From positions 46,688 through 110,687 of the forward strand of contig CANMWZ010000010.1 in assembly GCA_947501605.1 (NCBI GenBank): a DNA stretch of 64,000 bases, given 5' to 3'. The notes under the pieces are model-generated. The model had not been told where the DNA came from. It ran no database searches and saw nothing but the letters and a program-made list of their open reading frames with translations. Made by a program: the position numbers and the translations under genes. This stretch comes from Planctomycetota bacterium (GTDB lineage: Bacteria; Planctomycetota; UBA1135; UBA2386). Positions 57,073-64,000 of the stretch are shown here, one piece after another. Positions within the stretch are counted from its first letter, which is position 1; each line of letters starts with the position of its first letter.

Positions 57073-58701
57073 TCACATGTGCCCGTGGGCGCCGTCGTGG
57101 TCCTTGTCGTCGTCCTTCTTCTTCAGCTCCGTGATCAGGCAGTCCGTGGTGAGCAGCATGGAAGCCACCGACACCGCGTTCTGGAGCGCCGAGCGCGTGA
57201 CTTTGGCAGGATCGACGATGCCAAACTCGAACATGTCGCCGTACTCGTTGGTCAGCGCGTTGAAGCCGAAGTTCGGGCCCTTGCCGGCCATCACCTTGCG
57301 GGCGACGACCGCGCCGTCGAGACCGCCGTTCTGCGCGATCGTGCGCGCTGGCTGTTCGCAGACCGAGCGCATCAGTTCGACGCCGAATTGCTGATCACCC
57401 GGCAACTCAAGACCGTCGAGAACCTTCTTGGCCTTCAGCAGGGCCGTGCCGCCACCGGGCAGCACGCCTTCTTGAATCGCCGCGCGCGTCGCGTGCAGTG
57501 CGTCCTCGAAGAGTGCCTTGCGTTCCTTCATTTCGGTCTCGGTATGAGCGCCGACGCGGATCTCAGCGATGCCGCCGGTCAGCTTGGCCAAGCGCTCCTG
57601 GAGCTTCTCGCGGTCGTAGTCCGACGTGGTGGCGTCGATCTCGCGCTTGATCTGCTCGCAGCGCGCCTTGACGTCCGCAGCCTTGCCCTTGCCCTTGACG
57701 ATCGTGGTGTTGTCACCGTCGATCAGGATGCGCTCGGCGTGACCAAGTTGGCGCACCTGCACCTTTTCGAGGTCCATGCCGAGGTCCTTGAAGATCGCCT
57801 CGCCGCCACAGAGGATCGCGATGTCCTGCAGCATGGCCTTGCGGCGGTCGCCGTAGCCAGGAGCCTTGACGGCGCAGACCTTGAGGATGCCGCGCAGCTT
57901 GTTGACGACCAGCGTCGCCAGGGCTTCGCCTTCGATGTCCTCGGCGATGATCAGCAGCGGCTTGGTGCTGTCCTTCAGCTTCTCCAGAAGGGGGAGCAGC
58001 GGCCGGACGCTCGAGAGCTTGTCCTCGTGCACGAGCACGAGGCAGTCGCGCAGGTCCGCCGTCATGCTGTCCGGGTCCGTCACGAAGTGCGGCGACAGGA
58101 AGCCGCGGTCGAACTGCATGCCGGTCACGTTCTTGATCTCGGTCTCGAGGCCCTTGCCTTCTTCGACCGTGATGACGCCGTCTTGGCCCACTGCCTTCAT
58201 TGCGTCCGACAGGCACTTGCCGATGTCGGTGTCGTTGTTGCCGGAGATCGTCGCGACTTGGGCGATCGCCTTGTAGTCGGTCGCTGGGACCGGCTTGGCC
58301 ATCTTCTTCAACTGTTCGACCACCTTGTCGCTGGCAATCTTGATGCCCTTGATCAGCTCGGCGTGGTTGGCGCCGGCGATCAGGTAGCGCATGCCGCTCT
58401 CGGCGATGGCGTGAGCCAGCAGCGTCGCGGTCGTCGTGCCATCACCGGCATTGTCGGACGTCTTGCTGGCAGCTTCCTTGACCAGCTTGGCGCCCATGTT
58501 CTCGTACGGGTCGTCGAGATCGATCTCTTCGGCGACGGTCACACCGTCCTTCGTGATCGTCGGGCCGCCCCAGCCCTTATCGAGCACGGCGTTGCGGCCG
58601 CGGGGGCCCAGAGTGGAGACGACTGCCTTGGCAAGCTTGGCGGCACCGCGCAGCACTGCGTCGCGGGCATCGTTTTCGAATACGAGTTGTTTGACCATCA
58701 C
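57073..58701 (-). CDS. groL: Chaperonin GroEL (paralog 1, His/Asp-rich C-terminus)
   Basis: [26 protein letters not shown]; ends [16 protein letters not shown]. Confidence 0.97.
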   Translation of the reverse strand: MMVKQLVFENDARDAVLRGAAKLAKAVVSTLGPRGRNAVLDKGWGGPTITKDGVTVAEEIDLDDPYENMGAKLVKEAASKTSDNAGDGTTTATLLAHAIAESGMRYLIAGANHAELIKGIKIASDKVVEQLKKMAKPVPATDYKAIAQVATISGNNDTDIGKCLSDAMKAVGQDGVITVEEGKGLETEIKNVTGMQFDRGFLSPHFVTDPDSMTADLRDCLVLVHEDKLSSVRPLLPLLEKLKDSTKPLLIIAEDIEGEALATLVVNKLRGILKVCAVKAPGYGDRRKAMLQDIAILCGGEAIFKDLGMDLEKVQVRQLGHAERILIDGDNTTIVKGKGKAADVKARCEQIKREIDATTSDYDREKLQERLAKLTGGIAEIRVGAHTETEMKERKALFEDALHATRAAIQEGVLPGGGTALLKAKKVLDGLELPGDQQFGVELMRSVCEQPARTIAQNGGLDGAVVARKVMAGKGPNFGFNALTNEYGDMFEFGIVDPAKVTRSALQNAVSVASMLLTTDCLITELKKKDDDKDHDGAHGHM

Positions 58702-58867
58702 GTCCTCGACGGAGAATCTCGAAGGGGTTGCGGGTTCCGCACGGGCACACGTCGGTTGGTCCGGGGTGGACCGCTTTTGAGCATGCAGACGATGGGTGTC
58801 AGAGCCGAGGAATCAAAACCTCGGGGTTTGGCACCACCGGCCGCGTCCGGCGTGGGGTCGGCGCGAA

Positions 58868-58883
58868 AGCAAAGCCGGTGCCG
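58868..58883 (-). promoter_or_regulatory. Sigma54 (-24/-12) promoter of the chaperone operon
   Basis: Minus strand CGGCACCGGCTTTGCT = GGCAC-N5-TTGC, about 170 nt upstream of groEL. Confidence 0.7.
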
Positions 58884-58993
58884 CCGCAGAAGCGACCTTC
58901 GCAGACTGCATCCTGTTTCCGTATCTCGTTGGCTGCGATCTAGTTGAAACTGCTAGTAGTGTTCGAACTGGAATTGCGACGCGGACAGCCGCG

Positions 58994-59048
58994 CGTCAAA
59001 CTGGCAGAGGTGGAGGCAACGGTGCGTTGCCATGGTGTCAATCTGGCA
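58994..59048. promoter_or_regulatory. Paired imperfect palindromes, candidate enhancer sites for a sigma54 activator
   Basis: CGTCAAACTGGCA (58994-59006) and TGTCAATCTGGCA (59036-59048), 42 nt apart. Confidence 0.55.
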
Positions 59049-60265
59049 TGAAGACCCTCCCGCTCCGATTCACTCTTGCCGCAGTTGCGGCCATCCTCGT
59101 CTCCTCGGCCGTGGCGCAGCGTCCGCTCTGTGAAGTGCTGATGCGCGACGGCCGCATGCTTCCAGCCGATGGCCTCGTGCGTGGTGCTGGCGACGTCCTG
59201 CAACTTGTGCGAGCAACTGGCAGCGAGACCGTGAGCTTCCAGGCCGTGCTCGCCGTGCTCGGGACTCGGGTGCAGGATTCGGCGCTGCCAGCCGCGCATC
59301 TCGCGAAAGGCGATGTGGTGCGAGGTCTGCTCGTGGGTGGCGATGTTGCCGGCGACACGCTCCTGCTGCAGTCGGCCGTTCTTGGGCGGCTCAACGTGGC
59401 GGTCGAACGGCTCGAGTGCCTCGTGCTACGACCCGAGGCCGCCCGCGCGCGCGATCTGGTAATGCCTGAGGCTGCGACCGAGGCGCTCTTCTTGCCCGCC
59501 TCGCTCGGCTTTGACCGACAAACGGGGACGCTGCACCAGTTTGGCGAGGCGGGCATCCGCTTCCAGCCCGAGGTCGACAAAGCCCCGCGGTGGTTTGCCC
59601 CGCGAGAACTGATCGGCCTGCGTCTGAGTGGCGCCTTGCCGCCGGACCAACCGGCCGTCGCGGAGTTGTGCACGCGAGCCGCCGACCGCATCGGTCTCAC
59701 CGGGTTCGTGTTCGAGGGGGCCACGATCCGCTGCCGACTCGAGGGCGATGTCGAAGTGACGGTGTCGCTCGCGGACCTGGGGTGCCTCCTGCGCCTGGAC
59801 ACCGGTGTGGTGATGGTCTCGGGCCTCGAACCAGTGCGCGTCGTCGAAGCCGCGTTCGACGGCGATGCGCTCATGTCGTGGCAGCGCGACCTTGCGGTCT
59901 CGGGCTCCATGCTCGCCGCGAGTGGTCGTTGCTACGCCCGCGGACTCGGGGTGCACAGTCGCAGCCGACTCCAGTTCGTAGTGCCCCCCGGTGTCGATTC
60001 GTTTCACACTCGGGTCGCGTTCGATGACTCGGCGCTGCAGTTGCCGGTGCGAGGCAGGGTGGCGATCGCTGTGCGTATCGAAGGTGTTGGCAAGCCGACC
60101 GAGTTCGAGCTCGCGGCTGGCGGTGCGGTCCAGACCGTGGGGCCCCTCGAGGTGCAACCGGGACAGGTGCTATCTCTGGAAGTGGAGTTTGGTGCGGGGC
60201 GCGATGTTGGCGACCGAGTCGATTGGCTCTTGCCGGTGTTCCTGCCGACCGCGGCGGCGAAGTAG
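59048..60265 (+). CDS. Exported protein with a C-terminal NPCBM/NEW2 domain
   Basis: Signal peptide ending AVAQ; GRCYARGLGVHSRSRLQF..FHTRVAFDD..LSLEVEFG..DRVDW. Confidence 0.75.
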   Translation: MKTLPLRFTLAAVAAILVSSAVAQRPLCEVLMRDGRMLPADGLVRGAGDVLQLVRATGSETVSFQAVLAVLGTRVQDSALPAAHLAKGDVVRGLLVGGDVAGDTLLLQSAVLGRLNVAVERLECLVLRPEAARARDLVMPEAATEALFLPASLGFDRQTGTLHQFGEAGIRFQPEVDKAPRWFAPRELIGLRLSGALPPDQPAVAELCTRAADRIGLTGFVFEGATIRCRLEGDVEVTVSLADLGCLLRLDTGVVMVSGLEPVRVVEAAFDGDALMSWQRDLAVSGSMLAASGRCYARGLGVHSRSRLQFVVPPGVDSFHTRVAFDDSALQLPVRGRVAIAVRIEGVGKPTEFELAAGGAVQTVGPLEVQPGQVLSLEVEFGAGRDVGDRVDWLLPVFLPTAAAK

Positions 60266-60275
60266 GCTCCGCGCT

Positions 60276-62642
60276 GTGTTGTTCTGGTTTGTGTTGGCAC
60301 TCGGGCTCGGCTGCGCCCTGTCGGTGTTCGTGCGCACGGGCGCGCCGCTCCCGCGCAGCAGCGGCGTGCTAGTGATGCTGGCGGTTGCCGTAGCCGCGTT
60401 CGTACCGCCGCGCTCGCAATCGGTGGTGGTCCCGGCCGAGGTGGCGATTGGGTGCAGTGTCGATCCCGCCACCGGCGGTGTGGCGGCACTCGCGTCGCTG
60501 CAGGCTGCGAAGGGCGAACCCCCGCCGCACGTCGTCGTGGTTGGCGGTGGCTCGACGCTGTCGGCGTCGTTGGCACTGGCGGCGATGCGCGCTGGTCCGC
60601 GGCGCGACGATGTGATCGCGGTCTGGAACGGCCCGCTCGCCGACACGGTCTCGACGTCGGCCCCCGCTGCCGGCCACGGCTACACCACGACGCCGCCGTT
60701 GCCGTTCGCGCCCGAGGCACTCTCCGTGCAGGCCGTCACCGCGCCGCGCGCACAACGCCCACTGCGCCTCGTCGCCAGCGTCGAAGGGGCACCCTCAGCG
60801 TTGACGGGCCGCCTCGTTGCCGATGGCGGCGCCTGGCACCAAGAGCAGCGGGTCGTGCTGCCGGTCGCTCAGTCCGCCACGCTGGACCTCTTGCCGGTAG
60901 CCGCCGGGTCGATCGCCGTGCAGTTCGAGTGTGACGTGCCGCCGCATCGCTTCGTGCGCACCGGTTCGTTGGCCGTGCGCGCCGCCGAGAGTGTGCTGGT
61001 CCTCGAGCCCTCGGGAACGGTTGCCAATGCCCTCGCCGCGCAGGGCATTGCCGTGCGCAGTGCCGCGTCCCTGCCGACAGAGCTCGTCGACTTCGACGCC
61101 GTGGTCGTTGGCCTGCCGCTGACCGTGGAGGCACAAAGGCTGCTCGTCGGCGCGGTCGAGGATGGCCTGGGCCTGTTCGTTCTGGGCCCCGGGTTGCAGC
61201 AGGACGGCGAACCGATGCGTTCGCTCTTGCCCATCACGGTGTTGCCGCGGACTGGCGACGGCACCGCCCCTGGCAACGGCGGCGGCGACCTACCCGAGGT
61301 CCCGCCGCCAGAGCCGCAACAGGCGCCTTCCGGGGTGCACGCGGACGAGCCGCAGATCGCGCCGGACGGGCCGGTCGAGGTGGACAAGCACACGATCGCG
61401 ATGGTCTTCGTCATCGATCGCTCCGGCAGTATGGGAATGCGGGTGCTCGGCGGCGGCACCAAGATGAGCTATGCGAAGACCAGCGCGCGCCAGACGGCGC
61501 TCGCGCTGGCCGAAGGCGACGAAGTGGGGCTGATCACGTTTGGTGACGACGATCAGGCGCGCGTCGAGTTGCCGCTCTGCAGCGCCGTCGATCGCGTTCG
61601 GGTCGAGCAAGGCATCGCGCGACTGGCGCACTCCAACGAGCGCACGTATCTCGACAACGGACTCGTTCGTGCTCGCGAACTCTTGCTGCAGAGCAAGTGC
61701 GCTGTGCGCCACGTCGTCGTCTTGACCGACGGCGAGGTGTGGGACCAAGAACTGGTATTGCGCAAGCGCTCCAACACGATGCGCAACGACGGGATGAGCG
61801 TCAGCATCGTGTCGATCATCGACGACGGGACGCTGGCCACCTTCCAGGGCATGGCCGAGCGCATCGCCAAGGACGGCGGTGGCTTGTTCTTGCCAGTGCG
61901 CGATCCAAGAGTCGTGCCGCAGTTGGTCAGCGCCGAGGTTGTGCGGGCGCTCGATCGCGTTGGCCGCAAACCGAACGGCGCTGGAGCTCCCAATCCGGCG
62001 AACCCGCAACCGGAACCACGGAAGCCCGAACCGAAGCCGCCAAAGCCCACACCACCAGAGCCCACACCACCAGAGCCTGCCGCTGCTGCCGACTCGAGCG
62101 ATCGCGACCAGGGCCTTGAACTCCTCGCCGTCGCGAACTCGCCGCTGCTGGAGCCCGCACTCTCGACTTGGCCCAGATTGCGCGCGGCGGTGCCGACGAC
62201 TGGGACGAGGACTGCGCACGTGTTGCTGGTCGCCGGCCCCTTGGGCTCGCCGGTTCTCGCCTACGGCAACCGCGGGCTCGGCCGGATCGGCGTCTTTGCC
62301 GCCGATCTCGCCGGCGACGACGCCAAGGAGTTGCGCGCCGAGGAGTCGTTCTCCGCCCGCATCGCTCAGTGGGTCACTGCCGCGCTGCGTTCGTTGCCCG
62401 AAGTAGAGAGCGAAGTGCTGCGCACCGCCGCAGTCGAACCCGTGGCGCCGCTGCCGCGCGAGGTCGCATTGTTGACGGCGATGACCGGCGAGGCACCGCG
62501 GTCGATCGACCAACTCGAACTGCCACCGCCGTCGGCCGGCGTCGCCTACCGATCCCAGGTGCCAGTGTGGGCGCTTTCTGTGGCGTTCCTGCTCGCCGGT
62601 CTGGCGCTGATCGAGTGGTGGTCCTCGCGTCGCTCGGTATGA
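60276..62642 (+). CDS. Membrane-anchored VWA-domain protein with Pro-rich linkers
   Basis: N- and C-terminal TM segments; MIDAS VIDRSGSM ... VLTDG; start approximate. Confidence 0.75.
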   Translation: MLFWFVLALGLGCALSVFVRTGAPLPRSSGVLVMLAVAVAAFVPPRSQSVVVPAEVAIGCSVDPATGGVAALASLQAAKGEPPPHVVVVGGGSTLSASLALAAMRAGPRRDDVIAVWNGPLADTVSTSAPAAGHGYTTTPPLPFAPEALSVQAVTAPRAQRPLRLVASVEGAPSALTGRLVADGGAWHQEQRVVLPVAQSATLDLLPVAAGSIAVQFECDVPPHRFVRTGSLAVRAAESVLVLEPSGTVANALAAQGIAVRSAASLPTELVDFDAVVVGLPLTVEAQRLLVGAVEDGLGLFVLGPGLQQDGEPMRSLLPITVLPRTGDGTAPGNGGGDLPEVPPPEPQQAPSGVHADEPQIAPDGPVEVDKHTIAMVFVIDRSGSMGMRVLGGGTKMSYAKTSARQTALALAEGDEVGLITFGDDDQARVELPLCSAVDRVRVEQGIARLAHSNERTYLDNGLVRARELLLQSKCAVRHVVVLTDGEVWDQELVLRKRSNTMRNDGMSVSIVSIIDDGTLATFQGMAERIAKDGGGLFLPVRDPRVVPQLVSAEVVRALDRVGRKPNGAGAPNPANPQPEPRKPEPKPPKPTPPEPTPPEPAAAADSSDRDQGLELLAVANSPLLEPALSTWPRLRAAVPTTGTRTAHVLLVAGPLGSPVLAYGNRGLGRIGVFAADLAGDDAKELRAEESFSARIAQWVTAALRSLPEVESEVLRTAAVEPVAPLPREVALLTAMTGEAPRSIDQLELPPPSAGVAYRSQVPVWALSVAFLLAGLALIEWWSSRRSV
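62044..62077. repeat. 15-nt tandem repeat encoding a PTPPE linker
   Basis: AGCCCACACCACCAG x2 plus a partial copy. Confidence 0.65.
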
Positions 62643-62666
62643 GTGAAGGCCGTGCTGACCGCCCGA

Positions 62667-64000
62667 TCACGGGATGAGGGACAGAGCGACCTCGCTGCCC
62701 GACGCGACCGCAATGGCCGCGGTGCGCAGCTTGCCGTCTGGCGTGCGCCAGAGCACGGCGTAGTTGCCCGGCGGCAACGCGGCCGTAGTCGCGTCGAGCC
62801 ACTGTGGTTCGACCAAGATGTCGGTGTCTTGGCGCTGCAGCCGAAAATCGAGCTTGCGCGACTGCGGCGACGGCGTCCCCTCGACGTCGGACAATCGCAC
62901 GGAGCCGGGCTTTGGCAACTCGACGGCCCCAAGGTCCCACAGTCCGCGGCCATCGAGGTGGATCGGGCCGAGCGTGACCCAGCCGAGTCCTTCGGCCCCG
63001 AGTTCGAGCCGGTAGGGGCCCGCCATCAGGCCTTCGAGTCGGAAGCCACCGGCGATCGGAGAACTCTCGAGATGGGTGCCGCGACCGGTGTCGATCTGTA
63101 GTAGTCGAACGCAGATGCGCGCCGCTTCGCATCCGGCCGGCAACTTCGCTTCGACGCGGAGGCGCGATCGTTGCGGTGGATCTGCCGACAGGCGCAGGCT
63201 CACGCCCTCGGCATCGGGCAACACGCTGTCCGAGAGCAACACCGGCAAGCGCAGATCGGCGTCCTTGGGCCAAAGCAAACAGCGGCCTGAGCGCGGCAGT
63301 TGCGCCAGCGCAAACGAGCCGTCGCTTGCCGTCACGCCCAGTCCGGTGCCATCCTCGACGTCGCTCGAGAACTCGACGCGCGCGCCTGCAAGCGGGGCCC
63401 CGGTTTCATCGAGCGCGAAGCCATGAACGAACCCACGTAGGTGCAAGGTGAAGTCCTGCTGCACGACCCCCGATGGAACTGCGGCGACGAGAGCTTCATC
63501 GCGACCACGACCACCGCCCGCAGCGACCAGGGTACACGCGCCCGAAGCTGGCAGCCCGATGCGGTAGCGCCCCTCGGCATCGGTTTCGGCGCGATTGCGA
63601 ACGACGCCATCGGCCGCGCGCCAGGCAACCAGAACACCCGGCTGTGGCGCGCCATTCTCAGCCCGCACGGTTCCGGTAACCGAGCCCATGCGGGCGGCGC
63701 CGACTTCGCGCGACAGTGCGGCTTCGAGGTCGTCCGTCCGATGGCGTTCCCTTCGCGGCGGCTTCGTCTTGGCGTCGGCCTCGGGTGGGCCGGATCCATC
63801 GATCCCGCGGGTCCTCGGCTGCAAGTCCGCGAACAGCCGATGGTAGCCCAGCCCCGCGCGCATCGGTACTGCGGATCCGAACGGCGCATAGCACTGCACC
63901 AACGTCGGTGCGTGGCACACGCCGCAGTCGATCCGCGCAAACAAGGAGAGCGAGCGCCCGCACAGAGTGTCGGCGTCGTCGCGCCGGCGAACGCGGCCGG
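62667..64000 (-). CDS. Carboxypeptidase-regulatory-like (beta-sandwich repeat) protein, 5' end outside the window
   Basis: Repeats GSVTGTVRAENGAP..TDAEGRYRI and VHGFALDETGAPLAGARV..ASDGSF; frame stays open to the window edge. Confidence 0.7.
   Translation of the reverse strand, partial: GRVRRRDDADTLCGRSLSLFARIDCGVCHAPTLVQCYAPFGSAVPMRAGLGYHRLFADLQPRTRGIDGSGPPEADAKTKPPRRERHRTDDLEAALSREVGAARMGSVTGTVRAENGAPQPGVLVAWRAADGVVRNRAETDAEGRYRIGLPASGACTLVAAGGGRGRDEALVAAVPSGVVQQDFTLHLRGFVHGFALDETGAPLAGARVEFSSDVEDGTGLGVTASDGSFALAQLPRSGRCLLWPKDADLRLPVLLSDSVLPDAEGVSLRLSADPPQRSRLRVEAKLPAGCEAARICVRLLQIDTGRGTHLESSPIAGGFRLEGLMAGPYRLELGAEGLGWVTLGPIHLDGRGLWDLGAVELPKPGSVRLSDVEGTPSPQSRKLDFRLQRQDTDILVEPQWLDATTAALPPGNYAVLWRTPDGKLRTAAIAVASGSEVALSLIP

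Overview
High-GC, gene-dense bacterial chromosome segment. It is most likely from a Planctomycetota/PVC-superphylum organism: it carries the PVC 'small basic protein', a groEL-groES-groEL-dnaJ-grpE-fmdB operon, and several TPR, VWA, NPCBM and Ser/Thr-kinase genes. About 45 CDS are supported. I saw no rRNA, tRNA, CRISPR array, transposase or integrase. Two loci stand out. (1) A ~12 kb minus-strand cluster (27107-39103) in which two paralogous lipoprotein secretins flank two exported TPR-like proteins and an ExbB/MotA + 2x ExbD proton-motor module, with no T2SS/T4P ATPase or pilin in the window. (2) An adjacent plus-strand operon (23552-26234) encoding a BY-kinase-like P-loop ATPase, a coiled-coil protein and a MamK-type actin, with no magnetosome genes in the window. 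Other points are a sigma54-type promoter with paired enhancer-like sites (and no CIRCE) upstream of the chaperonin operon, a small Sm/Hfq-like ORF next to a candidate sRNA, and an FHA-GAF-sigma54 activator coupled to a membrane Ser/Thr kinase. All functional calls come from motif recognition by eye; no database searches were run.
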